Source of the DNA: Macrostomum lignano
Lineage: Eukaryota
Length of the DNA stretch: 64,000 nt
Assembly (NCBI GenBank): GCA_002269645.1
Contig: NIVC01000592.1
Location: 1-64,000 of the forward strand
Direction of reading: 5' to 3'
The notes beneath the pieces are model-generated. The model saw only the letters and a program-made list of their open reading frames with translations. It made no database searches and was not told the origin of the DNA. Positions 40,613 through 51,972 of the stretch are shown piece after piece; the first letter of the stretch is position 1; each line of letters begins with the position of its first letter. A program made the translations under genes and the position numbers.

Positions 40613-42577
40613 CTAGTTCAGCTCCTTGTCCAAAATGAGCTCGCCAAGTCCGCTGCCAGCTTTGTTGAGGCGGGCGATGAGTTCCCGCAGATCTTGGATT
40701 CCCTTCACCTGCTCGGTCAGGAACTCGGACTCGATGAAGTTTACCAGCTGAAAGTTTAAGACTTTGTAGCAAGTTGGGGAATATACGCACACAGCTATTT
40801 TCCATTAACCTAAATGTGAGAATTTTTGTAGAAAAATAATATGATAGAATAATAGTATGTTAAACAATTCTGGAAGTCACTGATTGGCTGGCTGGTGGTT
40901 GGGACGTCGGGGCGGAGGTTGGGGGGGTGAGTCAGCTGAGGCCAACCAGCCAATCAATGACGTGCGTGAGAGTGTAGGCGGATCAGGTGACTTGCTGTCA
41001 GTCAGTCACCGTTTCGACACCGTTTGGATTGATGGATAAGCCATTAGAACAATGCGTGAAGGCAAAACGCCCTCAAAATACCAGAGTGAATTAATTGCTT
41101 TGACAGGGAATTGCACCTGATATTCCACAAAGAGTGGCACTCAGTATTTTCAGGGCATGGCAAGTAATTTAGTATTCACTAACTAATTTAGCAACTAAGT
41201 GAGTATCCATCAAGCTACATGCAGGACTCACATGCGGGTCGCTCTCCATGTCAGCCCGATCTCGCAGTCTGTAAAACTCCTTCATCATGTTCTTCTCGGC
41301 GCCAAGAGCCATCTCGGCTGCGTCAAGGGCGGAGGACCACTCGAACTTGCTGGGAGGCTGAAAAAAGATCAGTTTGTGGGGCTACATTAAAGCTTAAACT
41401 GTAGTTTGAAAAATAAATATAAAATTGTTATAATCACCGGAAACTGGGATCAGAGGATCAGGTGCCCAGGGATCAGGTGTTAGGTGACCAGGTGTTAGGT
41501 GACCAGGTGTTAGGTGACCAGGAATCAGGTGACCAGGGGGTCAGGTGCCCAGGGATCAGGTGCCCAGGGATCAGGTGCCCAGGTGCCCAGGTGTTAGGTG
41601 ACCAGGTGTTAGGTGACCAGGAATCAGGTGACCAGGGGGGGTCAGGTGACCAGGGGATCAGATGATCAGGTATTAGGTGACCAGGTGACCAGGCACTCAC
41701 GGTAATCGGCTTCAGCCTGACGTGGCCGCCCCGCATGTTGAGGTAGTCGATCAGTTTGTGCGCGCGCTCTCGCTTCTTGTCGGCGGCTTTCTTGAAGAAT
41801 TTCTTGAAGCCAGGAAGACCGACGCTGGGCCTGCCGAAGTAGCTGGTCTGCGGGAGAAGTGGTCGGCAAATACGTGTTTTAAATTTGAGCCAGGGATTTG
41901 GATCGAAAGAAATCTAGGTCAAAACCCTGGGGTCCGGTGGATAGAGTTTCACACGATGGCTGAGAGTTTCTTTTAACAAAACTATGATCGAAAAATTACC
42001 ACAAACTTTGAACAAGTTAGAAGTGGGCGTGAGCTAAAGGTACGCTCGCATCCCCTGATGCACCGCAGGGCTTAACACGAACTGAGTTGGCTGGGTGGCA
42101 ACTTTGGAAATGCGCGCGATCAGGAAAAAACTTACCATCGTCTCGTAGAGGTACATGGCGGTGAACTCTCTTTCCATCTGGTCGTTGATCATCATACTCG
42201 AGATGCTGCCGAATCGCTGTCGAATGTCTGCGGATTTTTGGGAGTTCAACAACGGCTATGTATGGTTTATACTACTTTCTAAGTAGCTTAAAATCTGGTG
42301 TTCAAAGATTTTGCTGCAGTGGTGGATGATATGGCTTCTCACTGTCTCTATGGCCACTGCTTGGCTTCTCAATACTCACTTGAGCATTATTACAGTTTAG
42401 TTATGTCATGTAGATATATTTTACGAGTTTTAAATGTGAAAGTGGCGATAGCCCAGATCACAAGTAGCACCGAAGGTCGGACAATGGCAACTCACCGAGA
42501 GTCTCATCGTCGCCCTGCTGCATGGAGACAACTATCAGGTGCAGGAGAATCGCTGAAAGCAGAGGGAACCGGGCCAT
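40613..42577 (-). CDS. Secreted ferritin (signal peptide; atypical ferroxidase centre); 5 exons: 42577-42496, 42227-42136, 41847-41701, 41357-41232, 40747-40613; 193 aa
   Basis: Spliced translation MARFPLLSAILLHLIVVSMQQGDDETLDIRQRF...INDQMEREFTAMYLYETMTSYFGRPSVGLPGFKKFFKKAADKKRERAHKLIDYLNMRGG...AEKN...DPHLVNFIESEFLTEQVKGI...GLGELILDKELN. All junctions are GT-AG and in frame. Confidence 0.9.
41455..41692. repeat. 10/15-bp GGTGACCA-type minisatellite in ferritin intron 3
   Basis: Read directly. Confidence 0.85.
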
Positions 42578-42894
42578 TGTCGCTTTTGTTGGTTTTGTTT
42601 CGAAGAATCAGTCAACTTAGCTCGGTCAAAATTGAGCCTTTTTAAGGAAGCAAACTGACAACTTCCGAAGTGACAGCCCATTCAGATTCAAGTTTATCGG
42701 CCGTCTTATCAGTAGGGCAAGAGATTCCAGGCCAGCAAAGGAACCTGTTATCAGCTTGGCGTCTGGTTGAATTCTTGCTTGTATTGTACTGACAATTGGT
42801 ATTTTTTACTTTTCGTACTTTTCGTTACTTTACTTTTACTTTTTTTCACGGCTCTCTGACCCAACCGGCCTCACCTGGCATTACTTTTGCGTGC

Positions 42895-43377
42895 GATGAA
42901 CTCAGCTCAGATTGATCCTCGTGTCTAATGAACTCAGCTCTCACTGATCCTCGTGTCTAATGAACGCAGCTCTCACTGATCCTCGTGTCTAATGAACTCA
43001 GTTCACACTGATCCCTGTGTCTAATGAACTCAGCTCACACTGATCCTCGTGACTAATGAACTCAGCTCTCACTGATCCTCGTGTCTAATAACTCAGCTCT
43101 CACTGATCCTCGTGTCTAATGAACTCAGCTCTCACTGATTCTCGTGTCTAATGAACTCAGCTCACACTGATCCCTGTGTCTAATGAACTCAGCTCTCACT
43201 GATTCTCGTGTCTAATGAACTCAGCTCACACTGATCCCTGTGTCTAATGAACTCAGCTCACACTGATCCCCGTGTCTAATGAACTCAGCTCACACTGATC
43301 CTCGTGTCTAATGAACTCAGCTCACACTGATTCTCGTGTCTAATGAACTCAGCTCACACTGATCCCTGTGTCTAATC
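42895..43377. repeat. 30-32-bp minisatellite (aatgaactcagctctcactgatcctcgtgtct)
   Basis: Read directly. Confidence 0.92.
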
Positions 43378-43389
43378 CCTGGATGGATT

Positions 43390-46300
43390 GAAGCCGCCTA
43401 AGCGTATGATTTTTGACACCAACAAAAGACAACTGGAGAAGTTGCAGCAGTGCATTTGACTAATACACAAAACCTGCTCAGTGGACGAGCAACAATGGTG
43501 AATTAAAAATTACTACGCTTCTGACAGCCCTGGGACCAGATGGGCAAGATGTCTTCTCCTACACTTCCTACTGCTGAAGTGCAAAAGTACGAGGATCTGA
43601 TCAAGAAGTTTAATGACTACTGTCAGCCTCCTCTCTAAGGATAAATTTGAACGCTATCAGCTGCGCATCAGAGTGCAACGAGAAGTAAAGGACTTTGAAC
43701 AGTTCATGGGTTCTCTACGCCAGCTCGAGAAGCGCTGCAACTATTATCAACCAGCAAACAACAAGACCATCGAGAACAGCATCCTCCGACATCAGGTCGT
43801 TTTTGCTGTTATTTACCTTCACCGGGTGTCGTGTTGGCAGTGATCAGCGGAAGCCCAAGGAAGCTCGTAACTTCCATTGGGCAAAGCCACAGGTCGGCCG
43901 GTCTGAGCGTGTTAGAATGCGCCGGGCAGACGAACAAATGGACCGTATTATGACACGGACTGCCACAGTCTGGGCTGTGCGGAGGCGTGTCAGGGTCGAT
44001 CCGATAGCGTAGGATCGCAGGAGGGGACTGAAGCCCGACCTAAGTTGGGCCAGCCTGCAGTGAGTAGTGCGTGGAAGGCTGCTTTCGGAAGCGCAGATCC
44101 TGGGGGCGATGCCCGATGACGCGATTAGGCGGAAGACTGCGGAGGTAGTCGTTGACGATTAAAGTGTGTTGAGCGCACCGCGTTAGGTCCCACTCCGCCG
44201 AGTCGTTGATGATCGGCGGCGCATCAACGTTGAAGAGATGGGCTGTGAAAATTGACGGCTTCATTAGGCGGCGAGGGGGCGGGCTTGATGGCCAGGTTTC
44301 AATCATCCTAGCGAGAGCAGACGATTGTGTTGACGGACAGTGAGCAACTTGGTTTTACAGTGCAGGTCGACTTCAGCCGTGATCGAGGTGGTACACGAGG
44401 TGGTACGAGGTAGCCAGTGGTACACCGAATCGCCGCTGTGTTAGTAGATCAGGTTGTCATCGGACTCAGGGACCCGGCTCTGCGAGAAAGATTTCTACGA
44501 GAATCTAAGCTAGACCCAGACCACGCCATTCAAGCATCGGAGACTTCCGAGTGACAGGCGCGAGCCCTGACTTCAATACGTACTAGCCGAGCAGCATTTG
44601 CGCCAGTACCCCTGACCATCTACTCTCTTTAAAGCCGATTCATCGTTGAAAGTCTTACACTTTCCATTGCAGTCGGAGCACGCTCACGAGGAAGATGCGG
44701 ACGACGAGACCGAAAGAGTGACGCGTCACCTGCTGCACGTGATTGGCTGCGTTCTGGCGCCCAAGGCGGCCGGTATTCACCTGGTCACCGTAAGTTGAAA
44801 AGGTGTACGCTCCCTCTATGTATGTATGGTTTTATGTGACTCTAGCTAGAGCTCTCTCGACCAAGGTGCACTAGCTCTGCCTCTTTCCCCCTTAAAATAT
44901 TGCATAACATTGTAGCCGCACGTATACAGTGACTATATATGAACTTAAATATACGGTCCACGGGACCAGATTTATTTCCACGCACAAGCTCACTACAAAG
45001 GCCGAGCCAAGGCACCACCCGGCCCAGCTAAGTCGGATCGCAACTGCGGCTTCTGCGGGCAGCAGCATGAGCGGCGCAAGTGCCCGGCTTTCGGCAAAAC
45101 CTGACACGCCTGCGGTTGTGCGCAAACCACTTCTTGTCCGTCTGCCGGTCCACCAAAGAGGTTAATGAACTTGTGAATGATGACGAGAGCAACGCTTCTG
45201 ACTATGGCTCAGCAGCAGCCGTCATGGCCGTAGAGAAGCCCGGAACTCGGCGAGCCAAGATGCAACCCGCCAACTTGGCGATGATGATGAGCTTGGCAGT
45301 CATGGCCTCTGGCAAGCAGCTGCAGTTCAAGGTGGACACCAAAGCAGACGTCTAAAGTCAGACGGACAGCCTGACTCATCTTCTGGAAGAAGCAGACGAG
45401 TCAGTGCCTGTTGACGTCATCGCAGCCGGTTGGCCAGAACATCGGTCGAGACTGACGGACGACCTGAAGGTCTTTAGGGATCTCCGATACGACCTGACGT
45501 TCGTTTCGGGGTTTCGATGCTTGAAAGACCGCATCTACGAGCTACGTACCCAAAAACAGCACCATGATTCCATTCTCAGCATCGTGAAGATGGGCCTGAA
45601 GGCCAATGATTACTTCTACTTGCATGGCATGCGCAACTGCATCGAGCGAACAGTCAGTCAGTGCGAGGCCTGCCAGCGAACATAAAGGCGCAGCCAAAGG
45701 AGGCTCTGATGTCCGTGGAGATGCCCGACTTACCCTTTCAAATCTGCTCGACTGATTTTTTCACGAGAGTACGAAAGTCTCGGCACGAGAGCTGCATCAA
45801 CTGATGACGAGGTTCAAAATCGAGCGCAGGACGTCAAGCCCAGCATATCTGCAGTCGTACGGAAGAGCAGAGCGGTAAGTGCAAACAGCAAAGAATCTGA
45901 TGAAGTAGTGCGAGGAGACTTGCCAAAGCCTGGAGAAAGCACTTCTGCACTACCGGAACACTAATGCTGAGCAGCGGCTTCCTAAGTCCGGCTGGGATGG
46001 CCTTCGGCCGAAAGCTTGGATGCGACCTGCCCACGACTGTGCAGGACCTGCTGCAACCTCGAGAGGCTGACGTCCACGACAGCTTCGAAGCATTTTAGAA
46101 AGAGCGGATCCGAGCAGCACAACTGTACAACTGCGGTGCACGTCCGCTACAGCATCTGACAGCGGGCGAGCCAGTCTGGTTTCAGCGCGGTTGTCGGGAC
46201 TCTGTGGCTGCTGAGATTGAAAGCTAGGGTGGGCAACTGTCCGAGATCCTACTGGGTGCGCACGGAGACCGGACAGCTGCAAGGCGTAATCGGCGCTTCA

Positions 46301-46500
46301 TCCGACTTCGCAAGTTGGGCGTTTCTTTCTTCGAAAGTGACCTGTGGAGACAACGAGAGCATTTCCGACATGGAGGCTGCACTGCATCTCGGCAATCAGC
46401 CGGCGCCTGAGCAGCCGGCACTTACTGCTAACACTGAGTGAGCTCTCTACCAACCAGGGGCGGCTTGTCAAGAAGACGGAGAGGTTTCAGCCCCGCTGGT
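43390..46500 (+). mobile_element. Degenerate Ty3/gypsy internal region (gag, protease and integrase pieces) interrupted by an unexplained ~0.9-kb segment
   Basis: KFNDYCQP / FERYQL...RQLEKRCNY (gag), QFKVDTKADV (protease-like), IAAGWPE...CEACQ (integrase zinc region). Many stops; LTRs not identified. Confidence 0.7.
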
Positions 46501-47117
46501 GAGGAAGCTGAAATATTTTATTATGGGGTGTCCTTGGTCTTCTGCACTCTCACTACTACGGCTCTGTGAATAGCTTCTTTTATCAGTTATAGGGACAAAA
46601 AACGAAGGCGGCGGATTTGACAAACTTTTCGTGATGATACAATCACAAGGAATATTAATTTAGAGGCCATTGTATACGATGTTCACAATCTCGGTTGTGC
46701 TAACAGAGAATACGAGCTATAATATGAAGGGGGTGTTTAAATAAGAAGCTCGATTAGCTCAAGTTCGTTGTAAGGTTCTATTGTTTCAGCGAACTGATAG
46801 TTCGGTCTGTTTAATAGAGGGGATCGGCTATCCTTTAGTTGGGTTCAATGGATCCATTTGTTGAGCCAAAAATCTATCAATTCAGTCGGATACCAGCAGT
46901 TTCAGAATGAAAACTAGCAATCAGCGCCCCGTTAGGGAGGCAATAAAGAATGAAATAAAAATTTCAATCAACTGCATGTACCTTCTAACCACTTAGCCTT
47001 GACATCTCAGCAATTCTCAGCAATTACCCCGTCAGCCTTGACATCTTAGTGATTACCCCCCCCCCCACTAAGCCTCGAAATCTTAGCAATTCCCCCGTCA
47101 GCCTTGGCTTAATTTAT

Positions 47118-48760
47118 GGAAAAATTACCATAAACTTTGAACAAGTTAGAGGGTGGGCGTGAGGTCAAGTTACGCTCGTACTCCCTGAGTAAGACGCTCT
47201 GCAGAGTTTAGCACAGAGCAAATTGGTTGGGTGGCGACTTTGGAAATGCGTGCGATCAGGAAAAAACTTACCATCGTCTCGTAGAGGTACATGGCCCAGA
47301 ACTCTCTTTCGATCTGGTCGTTGATCATCGACACTGAAGATTTAGCAGCACTGCAGCGGTTGAAGATATGGCTTCCCACTGTCTCTATGGCACTGCTCGG
47401 CTTCCCACTGTCTCTATGGCCACTGCTCGGCTTCCCACTGTCTCTATGGCACTGCTCGGCTTCCCACTGTCTCTATGGCCACTGCTCGGCTTCCCACTGT
47501 CTCTATGGCACTGCTCGGCTTCCCACTGTCTCTATGGCCACTGCTCGGCTTCCCACTGTCTCTATGGGACTGCTCGGCTTCCCACTGTCTCTATGGCACT
47601 GCTCGGCTTCCCACTGTCTCTATGGCCACTGCTCGGCTTCCCACTGTCTCTATGGCACTGCTCGGCTTCCCACTGTCTCTATGGCCACTGCTCGGCTTCC
47701 CACTGTCTCTATGGCACTGCTCGGCTTCCCACTGTCTCTATGGCACTGCTCGGCTTCCCACTGTCTCTATGGCCACTGCTCGGCTTCCCACTGTCTCTAT
47801 GGCATTGCTCGGCTTCCCACTGTCTCTATGGCACTGCTCGGCTTCCCACTGTCTCTATGGCACTGCTCGGCTTCCCACTGTCTCTATGGCCACTGCTCGG
47901 CTTCCCACTGTCTCTATGGCCACTGCTCGGCTTCCCACTGTCTCTATGGCCACTGCTCGGCTTCCCACTGTCTCTATGGCACTACTCGACTTCCCACTGT
48001 CTCTATGGCCACTGCTCGGCTTCCCACTGTCTCTATGGCACTGCTCGGCTTCCCACTGTCTCTATGGCACTGCTCGGCTTCCCACTGTCTCTATGGCACT
48101 ACTCGGCTTCCCACTGTCTCTATGGCACTGCTCGGCTTCCCACTGTCTCTATGGCACTGCTCGGCTTCCCACTGTCTCTATGGCCACTGCTCGGCTTTTC
48201 ACTGTCTCTATGGTCACTGCTTGACTTCCCAATACCCATCTGAGCATTATAAGTTACTTATGCGCTTCACAGAGGTATCTTACGAGCTAATCTATCTGAT
48301 TAAAAACATTACTAAAGGCTAAAATTAAGCTTTAACTATATTTAATTTTAGCTTCTTGAAATCATGAAATCAAAGTAAAAAATAAAAAATCCAAAGGTCG
48401 GACAATGGCAACTCACCGAGAGTCTCATCGTCGCCCTGCTGCATGGAGACAACAACCACCAGGTGCAGAAAAATCGCTGAGAGCAGAGAGAACCGGGCCA
48501 TTGTCGCTTATGTTGGTTTTGTTTCGAAAAATCAGTCAGCTTAGCTAGGTAAAAGTTAACTGACAGGAAGCTATTGTAACAGACAGCTTCCGAACTGACA
48601 GCCTATTCGTATCGGCCGTCTTATCAGTCAGGCAACAAATTTCAGGCCAGCACAGGAAACATGTTACTCGTATCAACTTGGCTTCCGGTTGAATTCTGCA
48701 TTTCGCTTACTACTTTTTACTTCTCACGGCTGTCTCTGACCCTGCCGGCCTTAGCTGGCA
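47118..48760 (-). pseudogene. Partial 5' duplicate of the ferritin gene (signal-peptide exon plus shortened exon 2; later exons absent)
   Basis: MARFSLLSAIFLHLVVVVSMQQGDDETL at ~48415-48500 and SMINDQIEREFWAMYLYETM at ~47276-47335. Homology to 41990-42860 ends near 47118. Confidence 0.8.
47368..48230. repeat. 29/30-bp minisatellite (ggcttcccactgtctctatggc[c]actgctc), ~29 copies
   Basis: Read directly. A single monomer occupies the paralogous site 42333-42370. Confidence 0.96.
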
Positions 48761-48769
48761 CCTCTTGAC

Positions 48770-49390
48770 TCAGCTGCTGGGGGTTCTGGGCATCAGGATA
48801 CAGCAGGGAGGCATCGCCTCCCATTCCGCTAACCCCTGGCGACCACAGGCGGGCAGCTGGTGCTGCGATGTCGTGCAGGGAGATCCGGTGGTGCCGATGT
48901 CCGCAGCGCGGTCCCCCTCCAGAGAGTCCAGGAGTAGATGGTCGCTCGCCGGAAGCCCTTAGGTAGCGGACGAGCTGGCAGAGATTCTCGGGCCTGAAAA
49001 CGTCGCAGAGGTCCACGGGGCATTCACAGATGAAGTGCTGTACATTCTCGACACCGGAGAGGCAGAACGGGCGTTACTCGCTACGGATTTTTCCCTGGAA
49101 GTGACGATGCCTGGCAAAACAGCCATGACCCGAGAGGGCTATGGTCAACGCCCTGATGTCCTTGCGGTTGAGTCCAAGCAGGGCCCTGTGGCGGGCGGGG
49201 AAGGACAGGGGACTGTCCCACTGGATTGTCGGCAGAGGATGCATGGTGGAGTCGAGGGCCACGGACAGCGGACAAGTAGAAGAACAGGTAGAGCAGGTGC
49301 CGGTGTTCTGGGAGAAGGTCAGCGCGGTTCTCCTAGACACGATGCAGTAGCCGTCGCCAGAGGCGGAGTTGATTTTGACCTTCATTTTTA
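48770..49390 (-). mobile_element. 3' fragment of a non-LTR retrotransposon, same family as 9860-10205
   Basis: RHRALLGLNRKDIRALTIALSGHGCFARHRHFQGK then a decayed PFC..SGVENVQHFICEC knuckle. Confidence 0.75.
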
Positions 49391-50383
49391 GTCGTCGATG
49401 ATGAAATCGAGTTTGTCTGAAGTGGGTGTAGTTTCAGAGATGCTAAGCTTGAAGTGTTTCTTCTGTGGACAGCTCCAAGAAATAATCGCAGTCATGCAGT
49501 ATTATTCTATTTTTGAATCCTTGAAATTCGGTTTTCCTTATCTCTCATTTGATCTTCTCACCGACCGAGCGACTTCAGCGATCGAGCCGGTGCAAAATTA
49601 AGCACGAGCAGGGATTTTGGATTAAATGCCTAATAATTCGACACATGCACTTGATTCGCTAAAAAACCATGGTGCAACTCTCATAGTGCTCGCAATTTCA
49701 AACATTAAGTCTAGTAGCGGGCTTTAATTTTTTCTCTTTTTGTCTATCGCTCTGATCTGGTCTTGTGCCCTGAAATTCTATGAAAGTTGCATCACGCTCT
49801 ACATGAGATAAGGCAGGCTATTTTCCGGGCACAATAAACATAGTGCCCTCGAGCCTTCGTAGGTGGATACTGGGTAAGCTTCATCAGGTTAAAATCGCAA
49901 ATTTTTTTCGGCAAAATGTTTACTCGGCTCTCGAGATACAAAAAAATAGTCCCGGAAAAGCGTGCTTCATCTTCTTCCTAGTTGGACCCTACTAGGTAGG
50001 GTCCGCAAAAGCGCAATGTGTATCAGTTTCCCACTGAGAATTCAATTCAAAAAATAATATTTATCGGGTAGGGACTGTTTTTATTTTGGTAGAGAACAGT
50101 TGCCTCGTATAAAACGATATTTTTAAGAAGCCTAAATCAAATTTTTGCATATAGGTTGGGATCCAGTTACGAGCTATAACACAAATTGGCTTCTGAAAGC
50201 TGTGACGCTTTGATTTTTAATGTTCTATTATTGAATAAATAAAAACTGAAACTTCAGCGATTGCAGACATCTCAATCGGTTTAAAATGTTTTCGTAGAGA
50301 TCCTTAAAACTTCTCTGATTTTCTGAACAAAAACACTATCGGTTTTTAGTTTAACTCCAGCAGAAACCAGTGCAGACAAAAAT

Positions 50384-51350
50384 TCACACCTGCAGCATCA
50401 TCCGCATCTCACGGAAAGCCTTATAGCTTCCAATGCAACCCGAGGCCATGTAGGAGGAACCGGATGTCTGGCTGGCTGAGTACACACCATTCGGGTTGGA
50501 GTTCATGCAGTTGCCCCACCAGAAGCCGCCGCTCCCACATTTGGTGCTGCAGCTGGTGGAAGAAGCGTCGTTGTCCCTGTCGAAGGTGGAGAACTGCTGG
50601 CCTCGATTCCAATACAAAAATTCGCAGTTGATGGTGAAGTTGGCGCTGAGGAAGCTGCCGTAGTTCATCCTGTAGTTCGTGCTGGAATTCCCAACAGTGA
50701 AGCCGAGCCACTCGAAGACGTAGAAATCTTCGTCGAAGGTCAGGGTCTCGATTCGCATGTCTCTCGGGCTGGTTGCAGTCACATTGTGGATGCTTTCGAG
50801 GCCTGAAGTTTAGACAGGAACTTGTTAACTCTTCAATGTGAGCTTTTAGGGAGTGTCACACCCTCAATCGCCAATATACTCTCGAAATTGCACAGTTCAA
50901 ATATAGAATTTCAATAAAAAGTTAATGGTTTGCTTTTGAAACTAAAGACACTCAACAGCCCAGAACTCCGTGGCATTCCCGAAGCCGCTGACGTAGTCAT
51001 CCCAGATCCTGTTGAAGAGGATTTGACCCGTCTGTCTCTGCTGGAACACCCAGAATGTCCGGCCGCCGATCTGCCGCAGGCATCCGAGAGTCCCGATCAG
51101 CATGCCAGTCGGGCTGCTTGAACTCATTCCGGTGGCTTCGGTAGTTCCAGCAGTTTTAGTAGATTCAGATGTTCCGGTAGTTTCCGGCGTTTCTTCAGCC
51201 GTTTCAAGTGATCCGGTAGTTTCAGAGATTCCGGTGGTTTCAGTAGTTTCGATGGCAGCTGTTGCGTCTGGAGTTCAAACAGAAGAGTATTGAAAGTCGG
51301 TTAGAAGGATAATCTGAACTTTAGTGACTCACTCGGTGCAGCGCGCATCC
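50384..51350 (-). CDS. FReD gene copy 2: linker and FReD exons intact (~51268-50959, ~50802-50384); signal peptide and most of the PAN exon missing
   Basis: High similarity to 36310-37745. Homology stops after the last ~20 nt of the PAN exon (ATGCGCGCTGCACCG). Confidence 0.75.
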
Positions 51351-51972
51351 TTGTGCTATAAAAACATTTGAATGTTTCAGCATAAATCCTCGGATTTTTA
51401 TTACGTCAAATGCTTATGCACTCTACGAGTCTGTACAACCGTACCTGTGCGAGCAGCGTGACTTCAGGTCGCTAGTATTGCTCAGCTGATAACCCTAATG
51501 GAAAATAGTTTGTAGCGATCGGCTTCCATGCACCGAACCGAAAACCGGTTATATTGGATTTGCAACCTCAATGGTAGCGCTCCTTCAGTAGACCAAGGAT
51601 CGGAATGTCTAAAGAGTTCAATGTATTAGATTAACCATATTGGACTGACTGAGAAGGCAAACACGGTGTCCTTTTCAATGATTGAATTATATCAAATTAT
51701 TCCCCGCCGGCGTGACGTGCCTGACAATAGGTAAAACATGATTGACAGGTGCGCCGGTGGATTGCCCAACATTCAAACTAAGAGAATTGATACTTTTTAT
51801 AATCCCTTTATTCAGAACTTACTCAGCTATAAACAAAAACAGCTGGGCAGCAACGAAAAACTGGGAAAATCCATCGCAAACTCGTTGCTAGGAATCGCCA
51901 AAAAAACTCAATCCGCCAACTAGAAGAAAAACCCGAGTTCTCGGAAATCGAGCTGCATAGCAACTCGCAACG

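Noticed and set aside
42228-42256. Apparent frameshift in ferritin exon 2 when using the TAG acceptor at 42256
   Set aside because: The ccgcag acceptor at 42228 gives the correct phase, so no lesion is needed.
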